From a virus (taxonomy: Duplodnaviria; Caudoviricetes): a stretch of DNA of 50,765 bases. Under the pieces are notes generated by a model. The model saw only the letters and a program-made list of their open reading frames with translations, was not told the origin of the DNA and ran no database searches. Location: positions 1 to 50,765 of the IMG/VR virus record IMGVR_UViG_3300048589_000316; one strand, written 5' to 3'. The position numbers and the translations under genes are program-made. Each line of letters starts with the position of its first letter. Position 1 is the stretch's first letter. Positions 1-8,634 of the stretch are shown here, in pieces.

Positions 1-127
1 TTTGTCCGTCCTGTCACTAAACGAATAGGTATCCGTTCCTGCGATGTCCGTGTAAACTTCTGCGTATTCAGTCTCAAGCGCTTCAATCTGATCATCCACG
101 CTAGTTTCTGATTTAAGATCAATACGA
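1..127. repeat. 127-bp terminal direct repeat (copy 1); circular assembly overlap
   Basis: Identical to 50639-50765; the ORF reads continuously across the junction. Confidence 0.95.
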
Positions 128-657
128 CTAATCCACTTCGTTTGAAGATTTTTAGGCAACTTGCTTTTTTCCATTTTACCCTTGGCTTCATCCAATTTAG
201 AATTAACCTGATTCTTATTTTTAATAGAATCTAATTCTTGCGTCACCGAATCCAATTTAGACATCATTGCCTTAACGTATTCTGGCGTATCATCAGGTAA
301 TTTAGTGGTCGGTTTATTTTCTTCACCTTCCTCATTGTAATCATCCTGTAAAAATCTCTTTTTGAATGTTTTGATTCCACTATCGACCTTTTTGTCGTGT
401 GCCGATTGCATCACCTTTGACATTGATAGGATCTTGTCAAATCCTAATTTTTCAACTGCCTGTACTAATAGTGGACTTGTAGCCAGTTCGTCTACAGTTA
501 AAGTCGGTTCATCACTGTCTGTATCCACAACTGGTAAATCACTAATAAAGGCATTGATTTCTGCTTCTGTTTTGTTTTCAAACATTGAAGCTAGACCCTC
601 ACTCATTCCCGCCAATTTAAGAGCGTTAATCAGTTTTACTCTGAGTTTCTTATTCAT
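1..657 (-). CDS. Putative capsid scaffolding protein, 5' part (spans the origin, continues 50638->50576; about 239 aa)
   Basis: Manual translation MNKKLRVKLINALKLAG...DKNQSKMTTADEKELAEMAKQL; charged and helical; directly upstream of the decoration and capsid genes; missed by the ORF track. Confidence 0.7.
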   Translation of the reverse strand, partial: MNKKLRVKLINALKLAGMSEGLASMFENKTEAEINAFISDLPVVDTDSDEPTLTVDELATSPLLVQAVEKLGFDKILSMSKVMQSAHDKKVDSGIKTFKKRFLQDDYNEEGEENKPTTKLPDDTPEYVKAMMSKLDSVTQELDSIKNKNQVNSKLDEAKGKMEKSKLPKNLQTKWISRIDLKSETSVDDQIEALETEYAEVYTDIAGTDTYSFSDRTDK

Positions 658-688
658 AATTATTACGATTAGATTAAATTAATTTCGA

Positions 689-752
689 CTAATGTAATAT
701 TGAATAGGGCAACTTAAAGAATAATGACAAGGTTTTTATTTATAGTAGTAAA
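689..752 (-). promoter_or_regulatory. Putative late promoter: TTTACTACTATAAA (739-752) plus -7-like TACATTAG (689-696)
   Basis: Same 14-mer at 35617-35630 and 43761-43774 with 41-42 nt spacing to a -7-like box. Confidence 0.6.
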
Positions 753-1073
753 TCATCGGTATGCGTAAATGACCGCATATATTGTAGACTCCGAGATCAT
801 AAGAAGCCTTTCAAGATCCTTCACACACTCGCTATGAGTTTTATCATCGTTACTGTCAATGTACCAATGTATAAATACTCTCCTGCGTTCTAAGTGCTTC
901 TTGGACTTTCTTGGCATGGTGAACTTTATCTTATTTTTCTTCAAATATCGCTCAAATTTTTTATGCACCAAAACAACCTCTTGGAATTGTATAAAGATCT
1001 GCTCATGCGTAATCAGTGGCTCCCACTTCTGCAAGTATCTTTCAGTCGTACTAAGTAGTTTGGCTTTTCTCAT
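753..1073 (-). CDS. HTH protein, Mor-like; candidate late-gene activator
   Basis: C-terminal CVKDLERLLMISESTIYAVI resembles a Mor-type helix-turn-helix. Confidence 0.45.
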   Translation of the reverse strand: MRKAKLLSTTERYLQKWEPLITHEQIFIQFQEVVLVHKKFERYLKKNKIKFTMPRKSKKHLERRRVFIHWYIDSNDDKTHSECVKDLERLLMISESTIYAVIYAYR

Positions 1074-2116
1074 TTGGTCACATGGCTTTTAATAGCAAAA
1101 CCTTCTTTAGTGTTCTTGAAATTATCTGCAATGAAGTATGGTTTATTCTTGTAACCCTTAATTGTATCGGAATTTGCATTTAAGAACTTTTGGGCACGTG
1201 CCGGTATAGTTGTTATGTCTTTTGAAGTTCGTGCCTTAGTGTTTACGAAATTGATAAATTCCTTCTGATTCATCAGTACTGTGGTGGTAAAACATAAGCA
1301 ATTGGGGTGCCAGCCTAAGAATTTAAAACCTTTTGGGTACTCTCCCTGCAATTCATCACATATGTCATATCTAGGGTGTGCATTGGATAAATTGACTTTA
1401 ATTCCTTTTACAAAGTCCAATGTCTGCACTCTTTCATGATCAGCATATCGATATGCAATATTGATTTCGTTTCTGGCAACTCTCAATGCATTCTTATAAC
1501 TTGACCTATAAACACCCTGCCCAGGTTTGTAAAGTTTTGCCGGTGCTGATAAAACTAACTTACCTTCTTCATTCCTGATCCGTCTAAACCTTTTGTCGGG
1601 TTCTTTTAAATATGCTTTAATATCTATAGCTAAACTAGGGGCATCCCTTCCTTCTGCTAAACCTTCCTTTATGAAGAATTCCATTTGCTCCTTGGTTTGC
1701 TCGTCTAATTTCCACACTCTACTAGATAAGTTCAAACCATTCATCCTGTAGTTAGTCCAACTGTTCAGTGCCGTTAGATCTCTGTAGAACTGTCTTTCCC
1801 GATCTTTGGTGTCGAGATCCATTCCACGCAAATAACTTGTGGTCTGCAGATCTAAACAATCATTTGCTAGATTCTGGCCCGACCCCATATTAACTAGAAG
1901 ATTCCTTTTGAAATCATCATCCAAACCCAATAGTATTTTTTCAACCTCTTTTTCAAGTTGGGCGTTTCCTTTCCATACATCAGATTTGGATTTAGATTTA
2001 TATCGTTTCAGGACTGCAGCAAGTTCATTAGCCTTTTCAGAATAAAGCCTATTCAATTGGTTGTCTTGCTTAGACAATAATGTAACTAATTTTCTATGAC
2101 AAAGGTTTGTAGCCAT
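1070..2116 (-). CDS. Minor head morphogenesis protein (SPP1 gp7 / Mu gpF-like)
   Basis: LSSRVW, RVARNE, CD...HPNCLC motifs; downstream of the portal. Confidence 0.85.
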   Translation of the reverse strand: MATNLCHRKLVTLLSKQDNQLNRLYSEKANELAAVLKRYKSKSKSDVWKGNAQLEKEVEKILLGLDDDFKRNLLVNMGSGQNLANDCLDLQTTSYLRGMDLDTKDRERQFYRDLTALNSWTNYRMNGLNLSSRVWKLDEQTKEQMEFFIKEGLAEGRDAPSLAIDIKAYLKEPDKRFRRIRNEEGKLVLSAPAKLYKPGQGVYRSSYKNALRVARNEINIAYRYADHERVQTLDFVKGIKVNLSNAHPRYDICDELQGEYPKGFKFLGWHPNCLCFTTTVLMNQKEFINFVNTKARTSKDITTIPARAQKFLNANSDTIKGYKNKPYFIADNFKNTKEGFAIKSHVTK

Positions 2117-2361
2117 TAATTTATTTGCCTATCTATATCCATGAAATTTCCACGTACCATAAAACATTGACCACCTGAATAAACTCTTGACATTCTATCA
2201 TCATGTTCATATGGGCCAATACTATCAATACAATAAAACAATCTTACTTCTGTTTTATCATCATAAACAGTATCGGGTATTTTTAAATCTAATTCCGACT
2301 GTTTAATTTCATCTTCGGTCATTATATAAATATCTAAAGCAATGGCATCTTTAAATCTCAT
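2116..2361 (-). CDS. Hypothetical protein
   Basis: 81-aa ORF translationally coupled to the next gene. Confidence 0.6.
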   Translation of the reverse strand: MRFKDAIALDIYIMTEDEIKQSELDLKIPDTVYDDKTEVRLFYCIDSIGPYEHDDRMSRVYSGGQCFMVRGNFMDIDRQIN

Positions 2362-2363
2362 AA

Positions 2364-2723
2364 CTAATTTTTTATTCGTTTAATTGATGGTGGACTGATC
2401 ATCCACGTTCCTTCTTCTGACGGTACAAAAGCCGCTAGTTCCTTCATTAATCTGATCCTTATCGCAAACTTCCCGAAATTAGTATTTACTGTTACATGAC
2501 AATCAGCAACACATGGAGTAATAAAGTAGATACCCATTGGAATTGACGTATTAATCCTGTAGCAAATTATAGTTTTCAGATCGTTAACATCATGTGACTT
2601 TTGATAGGTCAATGCAGTCTTTTTATAAGCATCACCGAACTCTTGTTTTTTCCAGAATCCCATAAACTGTTTAACCACATCTTTGATCAATTTCTTTTGT
2701 TCAACAATTACTAATTTATCCAT
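2364..2723 (-). CDS. Hypothetical protein
   Basis: 119-aa ORF coupled to the portal stop codon. Confidence 0.6.
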   Translation of the reverse strand: MDKLVIVEQKKLIKDVVKQFMGFWKKQEFGDAYKKTALTYQKSHDVNDLKTIICYRINTSIPMGIYFITPCVADCHVTVNTNFGKFAIRIRLMKELAAFVPSEEGTWMISPPSIKRIKN

Positions 2724-4072
2724 TATTGAGGTAAATTAAATGTTTCTCCTAAACTTTCACTTGATTCAGCTTTGATTCTGTCCAACTCTCCTTTTGTATC
2801 TGAAACAAGTGGATTGTGTTCTAATGCAGTTTCCTGAGACATAATTGGTTTGTTCATTGTAGCTGTTGAAAGGTTTTCAATTATTTCAGTAAGGTTTTCA
2901 GGTAGGATACTTGTAAACTTCACATCAATATAAATATCCCTGCTAACTGTTCCTAATTTTGCTCCTTCAATTCCGGACCGAAGTACACTTATGGATCTTT
3001 CAACAAATGGTTTATAAATAGCTTCATTGAAACTGGCTTTTATAATACTGTTCAAGAACATTAGTTTTAATGCAATTCCTGAAACATTTCCGATACCTTT
3101 CAGGTTGTTTAACGATAGATCTGGGGTTGCTGATAGGTCATATATCAAAGCCTTGGTTATTTCAAATTCCAATTTGGTTGACTCTGGTGCCGAATCCCAA
3201 CCTACTACATCAAGATCACTTGGGATAATTTGGCCTTGTGGGGTTTCAATTAGATCCATCATGTAAATTGACCCTGTTTCGTCTCTTGTGGGAACGTTAT
3301 CAATATTTCCAGTTGCTTTAAAAAATGGACTAGAAAAATAATCGTTGGTATCAGCGAATCTACTAAACCTATTCTCAAAACGATCAATAAGGTGTTTTAC
3401 TGATTCGTACTCAACTTCTTCTTCTTCTAAATAAACTATCGGCATACGATCAAAGAAGTGTTTGGTTGGCGCTTGAGTCTCAACTAGATCTTCTCCTGAT
3501 CCTTCCCATACTCTTACTGTGGATTGATCAAAAATATAGTATCTGTCTACTTCTTTGCCTGATTCATTCTTTACCTTGGTATTCCACATGAAACCATCTA
3601 AATTATCAAAATCATCAAAATTAGGGTACATAGTTCCTTTCCTTGGATCTAGGTTATGTACTGATAATTTTAAACCGCCATTCAATTCATCTTTAACTAT
3701 CCTGAACAATAATGCAGATTGTCTAAATGCCTTGGCCTGTTCACAACATTTCAATAGTAGTCCATCTATTCTAATAGACTTCCATGCTGTTTCTAATTCA
3801 TTAATATCTTCATCGGCAATTAACTGTACCGGCTTTCCGAATAAGAACGCTGCAGAAGTTTGAACTATTTGTTTCTGGAAAGGAATTGGGATCTTGTTTA
3901 CCTCAACGGTTTGCTCTTTTACAGTTTTGTCCTTTCGGTTTCCTACTTGGGTGTCTCGCTGTGTTCTTTCATTTTTATACTCTGCAATGTGATCTTCATT
4001 TTCAATTGCATTTTCTTGAAACATTTCGATCACTTTTGATTTTTCAAGTGCAATAATATCTGTAAAGTTCAT
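2723..4072 (-). CDS. Portal protein (SPP1 gp6-like)
   Basis: IVQTSAAFLFGKPV, HFFDRMPIV, TPDLS...GNVSGIALK motifs; follows the terminase. Confidence 0.9.
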   Translation of the reverse strand: MNFTDIIALEKSKVIEMFQENAIENEDHIAEYKNERTQRDTQVGNRKDKTVKEQTVEVNKIPIPFQKQIVQTSAAFLFGKPVQLIADEDINELETAWKSIRIDGLLLKCCEQAKAFRQSALLFRIVKDELNGGLKLSVHNLDPRKGTMYPNFDDFDNLDGFMWNTKVKNESGKEVDRYYIFDQSTVRVWEGSGEDLVETQAPTKHFFDRMPIVYLEEEEVEYESVKHLIDRFENRFSRFADTNDYFSSPFFKATGNIDNVPTRDETGSIYMMDLIETPQGQIIPSDLDVVGWDSAPESTKLEFEITKALIYDLSATPDLSLNNLKGIGNVSGIALKLMFLNSIIKASFNEAIYKPFVERSISVLRSGIEGAKLGTVSRDIYIDVKFTSILPENLTEIIENLSTATMNKPIMSQETALEHNPLVSDTKGELDRIKAESSESLGETFNLPQ

Positions 4073-4110
4073 GTTGTATAATGTTTTGATTCTTACAAAT
4101 TTATATTTAT

Positions 4111-5643
4111 TTAAGCTATTCTGCCACCTATATTCACTTTTGTTTTTATCACCCTTCCTACTGCATTAGAAACTTCCTGTAGAACTGCGTAGCAAAGAAG
4201 ATCAAACATATCATCATGCAAATCATTAGGGAAAGTAATTATTTGGTTAATGAACTCTTGATTCCATCCACCAGAAATAATCTTGACTTTTTCACTTGCG
4301 CATGATGGTTGTGCATACTCCCCTCTGGTGTATTTACCATATGATACATGAAGATCATTAATTCTCATTACATTGAAATTACCGTATTCTTCTGTAGATA
4401 ACATACTCATTAGCCCTGGGCCAGAACTTTTGTACTCGATCCTAATATTACTCCTACTGTCGTAACCTTGTGAATTAAAGTAACCTCTGGAAAATTTCAG
4501 GAACTCATTTAATTCTTTGTAGAATGTAATACAACTTTTAATGTAGATCTTTCCTTTGAATACATAATAGGCCATTACTGCGGATGGATCGTTTTTGGTT
4601 TTTTCTGTAAACGCTCCATCGATTAGGAAATGAACTGGCACTTCTTCTGGGTTAAAAGGTAGTTCACTTTCTTGAACAATCTGAAACCACTCCCTTTGCA
4701 TCATACCACCATCTAATGGTGATGGCCTTTGTTGTTTCAGTGATGCAAATTTGTACGGACTGGTTCTTTTATCTTTTAGGTGGATTTCTGCTGAATGTTT
4801 ATCCTCCCATAATGCTTGATTAAGAACTCTAGGATCTTTAACTTTCAGTGCTTGTTTGATTGGTGGCGCTGCATCTTCTTTTAATGCCGGCAAAACAATT
4901 ACTGTCCATTTCTTTGCAACTTCTGCATCGTACTTTGGATTTTTTGGATCAAACAACCGTCCTGCCAAATCATCTTCATGCCATCTGGTAAATAACATCA
5001 ATTCACAACTATCATTGTTTAGTCGGGTTGACCATACTTCGTCGTACCAATCCCAGAGTGTATCTCTATACAAAGGCGAATTAGCCTGTTTCCTGTCTTT
5101 TATTGGATCATCAATAATTCCATATTCCACAGTGTCCGAAGTCAGTCCTGTGCCTACCCCTACGCTTTTATATGATCCCTTGTAACCTACTGTCTCATAG
5201 TATTTAGAGTTCCTTAATTCGTTATCAGCTTCAACACCTGCTTTATTTAGATAAGTTTTAGGAAATACTTCTGCATATCGTTCTGATTCAATTATGTCTT
5301 GAGTGGATCTATTAAACTTGGAACTAACCCCGATCTCATATGATGCACATGCCACTTTTGCTTTTGGTCTTATTCCATGGATAAATGCAGGAGTGATAAT
5401 ACTACTCATTGTAGACTTCCCATGTTGAGGTGGGATAAATATCGCTAACTTTTTGATTTTCTTATCTACCCATAATTGAAGGTAGTCGTACACCAGAATA
5501 TGAAACCATTGCAAAGAATAATCTGGTAACATAGCTTTTGCGAATGCTGCTAGTTTCCTTTTTGCCAATTGGTTTTCAAGTCTCCTAAGATCTTCTAAAA
5601 GTTGGCGCTTATTCTTTGTTTTTGACAACTCCACGAAGTTCAT
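4111..5643 (-). CDS. terL: Terminase large subunit
   Basis: PPQHGKS Walker A, IIDDPIKD Walker B, TRWHEDDLAG, C-terminal FPNDLHDDMFD nuclease motif. Confidence 0.95.
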   Translation of the reverse strand: MNFVELSKTKNKRQLLEDLRRLENQLAKRKLAAFAKAMLPDYSLQWFHILVYDYLQLWVDKKIKKLAIFIPPQHGKSTMSSIITPAFIHGIRPKAKVACASYEIGVSSKFNRSTQDIIESERYAEVFPKTYLNKAGVEADNELRNSKYYETVGYKGSYKSVGVGTGLTSDTVEYGIIDDPIKDRKQANSPLYRDTLWDWYDEVWSTRLNNDSCELMLFTRWHEDDLAGRLFDPKNPKYDAEVAKKWTVIVLPALKEDAAPPIKQALKVKDPRVLNQALWEDKHSAEIHLKDKRTSPYKFASLKQQRPSPLDGGMMQREWFQIVQESELPFNPEEVPVHFLIDGAFTEKTKNDPSAVMAYYVFKGKIYIKSCITFYKELNEFLKFSRGYFNSQGYDSRSNIRIEYKSSGPGLMSMLSTEEYGNFNVMRINDLHVSYGKYTRGEYAQPSCASEKVKIISGGWNQEFINQIITFPNDLHDDMFDLLCYAVLQEVSNAVGRVIKTKVNIGGRIA

Positions 5644-6016
5644 TAGTTAGGTGTTCCATTTGCTCCAAAATTTCATCATCAGATTTGGACTCTAACATTT
5701 CTTCAATAGGATCTGTTTTCTTAATCTCAAACCTTTCAACGTAACCTCTTGATTTACCTTTGGTTTTTAAGTAGAAAATGATCCCTGTCATATTTCCACC
5801 TTGGATCTCATTGAATAGCTTTCCTTCCACATAGTCCAAAGTTACATTTAGAATATCATCTACCCTGGCTTTGTAATCTTCATCTTCTGTTAACCAACGA
5901 TAGTGAGTTTGCCTTGATAAATTAGCTTTTGCACATGCTGTCGATACGACTCCCAGACTCTTTTCCAGACACTCTATTAGCCGATCCTTTTTAATATTGT
6001 CACTTTTGTCATTCAT
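5609..6016 (-). CDS. terS: Terminase small subunit
   Basis: N-terminal HTH (ACAKANLSRQTHYRW) and IIFYLKTKGKSRGYVER; overlaps the terL start. Confidence 0.85.
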   Translation of the reverse strand: MNDKSDNIKKDRLIECLEKSLGVVSTACAKANLSRQTHYRWLTEDEDYKARVDDILNVTLDYVEGKLFNEIQGGNMTGIIFYLKTKGKSRGYVERFEIKKTDPIEEMLESKSDDEILEQMEHLTNELRGVVKNKE

Positions 6017-6047
6017 CGTTTAAAGTTTTAATGTTAATGCTTTACCC

Positions 6048-6080
6048 AAAAAAAGCCAAATAACGTAATGTTAGATGGCC
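6048..6080 (-). terminator. Putative intrinsic terminator
   Basis: Imperfect GCCAAATAAC/GTTAGATGGC stem with a T-run on the minus strand. Confidence 0.45.
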
Positions 6081-6111
6081 TTAAAGGTAACAATAATTAA
6101 CTACTGTTGGA

Positions 6112-6318
6112 TTACTCGGGAAATAGTAATATTTCTAATTGAATTTGCTCAACTGTCATATCATGCTCATTAGCTAGATATTCCACAAAGTGCCTTAACC
6201 TGTCAATAGCAAAAGTTTGTTTCTGGTCTGGAAGATTAGTAACTAAAACGTTTCCAAATTTAGTCATGATTTTTAGCAACTTCATAACCTCTCTTAATGC
6301 GTTTTCTTTCTCATTCAT
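6112..6318 (-). CDS. Hypothetical protein
   Basis: 68-aa ORF. Confidence 0.55.
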   Translation of the reverse strand: MNEKENALREVMKLLKIMTKFGNVLVTNLPDQKQTFAIDRLRHFVEYLANEHDMTVEQIQLEILLFPE

Positions 6319-6496
6319 CTGCCCACAATTTTTTAGCTATTTCAACCTTTCCTTTCAGATCCTTGACTTTCTTTGAAGCATATGCTAAAGAATATGAATG
6401 ATCTCTTTTGATAGTACCATCCTTCAATCCTTTTTGGTATTCCTGATCGCATTGAGCGACGAATACATTTGGGCAATATTTTCTGTAAATATTCAT
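6311..6496 (-). pseudogene. Internally deleted DUF3560-like protein
   Basis: N-terminus (MNIYRKYCPNVFVAQC) joined directly to C-terminus (GLKDGTIKRDHSYSLAYA...AKKLW) of a longer Bacteroidota phage family recalled from memory. Confidence 0.55.
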
Positions 6497-6530
6497 GATG
6501 TTATTTATAAATGATTAAATTTTTATTTTT

Positions 6531-6583
6531 TGATAACGTAGTATATAATACATTTAAAAACGTATCATATACGGTCGTTATAC
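6531..6583 (+). repeat. attC-like site 1 (minimal, 53 bp)
   Basis: TGATAAC-GTA-GTATATAATACATTT / AAACGTATCATATAC-GGTC-GTTATAC. Confidence 0.75.
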
Positions 6584-6637
6584 ACAAGCGTAGGAAGTGC
6601 AGTACTTCGATTAAACACCTGTGCAAACTTGCCATAA

Positions 6638-6826
6638 TTATTTTTTGCCATCGCTCTTACAATTTTTCAAATTGTTTAGGAATTGCTTTAGTGGTTCTTC
6701 CCAATGTTTAGCAAGTTTTTGAGAGCCGTTTACAGCTTTCACTAAAGTAGTGTCGGGCATTTTTAACTGTCGTTCAATACCTCTAAGGCTTAACGAGTCT
6801 TTGTTTTTTCTTAGCCAATCAATCAT
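6638..6826 (-). CDS. Small HTH DNA-binding protein (cassette 1)
   Basis: LSLRGIERQLKMPDTTLVKAV helix-turn-helix pattern; coupled to the upstream gene. Confidence 0.6.
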   Translation of the reverse strand: MIDWLRKNKDSLSLRGIERQLKMPDTTLVKAVNGSQKLAKHWEEPLKQFLNNLKNCKSDGKK

Positions 6827-7533
6827 TACTTTAAATTTATTTTATTAATAACTTTCCCCATGCTTGTCCAGCTTTTTGTAACCTTACATGAGATGGAAAT
6901 TTCATCTCCTTTATTTCCAAGGCATTTCCCTGTATATTGGTAAATATTATTTTCACAGTCAATTAATCTTTGTGCTGTCCCCCATTCAGTTTCCCATTTT
7001 GATACAATCGTTAATTTTCTGTCAACTTTTACACTATCAATAGGAAGGGCAGGATTTGTAGTGTTTTCATTTTCTTCTAAAATTAAAATTTTAGATAATT
7101 CCCCGTATTCTTTAAGTTCTTCAGATAACATTTTGCTTTTAACATTCATATTGTTATAAGCCCAAAATAAATATTTAGGGTCAATGTCAAAAACTTCCGC
7201 TGCTGTTTTACCTGAATATTTACCAAAAGGAAAAGTATTGCTTTGTCTACGTGAACCACACAATTCATCTATTTCTATTTCAATTTGATACCTACCTATT
7301 TTTTTTCGAGCTTTCAAAATAGCTTCATCCAAATCAATAGCCAAATTCCCTAAATACGTGTCTTTTGCATATTTATTAAAAACCTTTGGGACAGAATACA
7401 TAACAAACATAACATCTTTAGACCCTTCTGATTGTCCTGATGTTATTAAAAATCTGCGGGTTTCGTGGATTTCACCTTTTAATATTTCTGTTAAATCTAT
7501 GTTACTTTCTTTGAAATTCGATAAAGTTGTCAT
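6826..7533 (-). CDS. Hypothetical protein with DUF3820/ExoX-C-like motif and possible C-terminal OB fold (cassette 1)
   Basis: FPFGKYSGK...DPKYLFWA motif; ATG at 7533 preferred over TTG 7557, which abuts the -7 box. Confidence 0.6.
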   Translation of the reverse strand: MTTLSNFKESNIDLTEILKGEIHETRRFLITSGQSEGSKDVMFVMYSVPKVFNKYAKDTYLGNLAIDLDEAILKARKKIGRYQIEIEIDELCGSRRQSNTFPFGKYSGKTAAEVFDIDPKYLFWAYNNMNVKSKMLSEELKEYGELSKILILEENENTTNPALPIDSVKVDRKLTIVSKWETEWGTAQRLIDCENNIYQYTGKCLGNKGDEISISCKVTKSWTSMGKVINKINLK

Positions 7534-7561
7534 AATCTTAGTTTTTCCGTTAAACAATATC

Positions 7562-7591
7562 CAAATATAAGGATAATATATTTAATATCCT
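7562..7591 (-). promoter_or_regulatory. Cassette-internal promoter (TATATTTG) with AGGATA..TATCCT inverted repeat
   Basis: Canonical Bacteroidota -7 box at 7562-7569; palindrome at 7570-7591. Confidence 0.55.
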
Positions 7592-7677
7592 AATATAAAG
7601 ATAAAAAAATAACCCCTCCCAAAAAAAATAATTATTACTTTCGTGTTTCAAATGAATGTAAGTGTTTAAACGCCAGT

Positions 7678-7771
7678 GTATAACAACGCATAAAAATAAA
7701 AGCCTTTGGTAAGGTAGTATTTCAAATCAGCGTTGTAGTGTCGGCTTCAATTCTTATGCAAACCGTTGTGC
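7678..7771 (+). repeat. attC-like site 2
   Basis: GTATAAC-AAC-GCATAAAAATAAAAGCC / GGCTTCAATTCTTATGC-AAACC-GTTGTGC. Confidence 0.8.
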
Positions 7772-7786
7772 TTCATTAAAACGAAA

Positions 7787-8237
7787 GCACAACATGCAAT
7801 ATAAAACATGCTGGCTTCCGTTCTTTTAATGAAGTTTGTGCTATTGGGAAGGAAAATAATAATGCCTCCCAACGCTCAACTACTTTTCAATTACAGGCCA
7901 ATTCCAATTCATAGGCTCATCTCCTTTATTCGCAGAAGTTACCCACAAATCCAAATTTCCATCTGTAATCACTTTCAAGTTCACGCACTCATCACTCCAA
8001 ACGGCTGTAATGATTGCAGGTAACTTGTCTTGCGTGTTGCAGCCTCCATTTAAGGTGCTCGCTGCTTCCATTTTGGCTTTATCAGCCTCTGTTGTGTTGT
8101 AAATTACAACTCTACCAATTGTTGGTTTCATAATATAAATGGGTTTTACAAAGCCCGCCCAAGGCATTATTATTTTTGTTCTTCGTAGTTAAGTTCTGTG
8201 CTAAATTCCGCACGTTTCATATTGCTGTCCGTTGTAG
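7787..8237 (+). repeat. attC-like site 3, with a whole gene in its loop
   Basis: GCACAAC-AT-GCAATATAAAACATGC / GCACGTTTCATATTGC-TGTCC-GTTGTAG; arms about 400 bp apart. Confidence 0.7.
7880..8167 (-). CDS. Conserved small phage hypothetical protein (true start probably MKPTIGRVV)
   Basis: KPTIGRVV..PAIITAVW..VNLKV..WNWP pattern typical of small phage proteins. Confidence 0.7.
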   Translation of the reverse strand: MPWAGFVKPIYIMKPTIGRVVIYNTTEADKAKMEAASTLNGGCNTQDKLPAIITAVWSDECVNLKVITDGNLDLWVTSANKGDEPMNWNWPVIEK

Positions 8238-8248
8238 TGCATTAAAAA

Positions 8249-8566
8249 CTATTTCTTTAATGCTCGGTCTGTATAATCTCGCTGTACAAAGTTTCCGCAT
8301 TTCCAACAGGTTTTATTACCGTCTTTAGGTTTAGTACTTTTGCCAGTATCATAGCCACAGCGAGTGCAAGGCTTATACCAAATGTCAAAGTCACCTAACA
8401 CACGTTTGGGTTTGTTTTTACTGTGTACAACAACAGGTATAGCAAATAATTTTACTATATCCTGTGCCAAAGCCTCAAACTTATCTGTAAAAATCGCATC
8501 ATTAAAATTATCTACCTCACTTTTATAGGCGTGTAATAATTCCATTATGTATTCATTTTTTGCCAT
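8249..8566 (-). CDS. Hypothetical Zn-ribbon protein that reads through an attC arm
   Basis: CTRC...CWKC motifs; VKLFAIPVV is encoded by the site-4 left arm. Confidence 0.65.
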   Translation of the reverse strand: MAKNEYIMELLHAYKSEVDNFNDAIFTDKFEALAQDIVKLFAIPVVVHSKNKPKRVLGDFDIWYKPCTRCGYDTGKSTKPKDGNKTCWKCGNFVQRDYTDRALKK

Positions 8567-8628
8567 TGTTTCTATTTTTTAGTTTTTAAATACGTAAAAT
8601 TACATTGCCATACCCACGTCCGTTACCT
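8425..8628 (+). repeat. attC-like site 4, containing the 5' end of a gene
   Basis: GTACAAC-AACA-GGTATAGCAAATAATTTTAC / GTAAAATTACATTGCCATACC..GTTACCT. Confidence 0.7.
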
Positions 8629-8634
8629 GCAATA

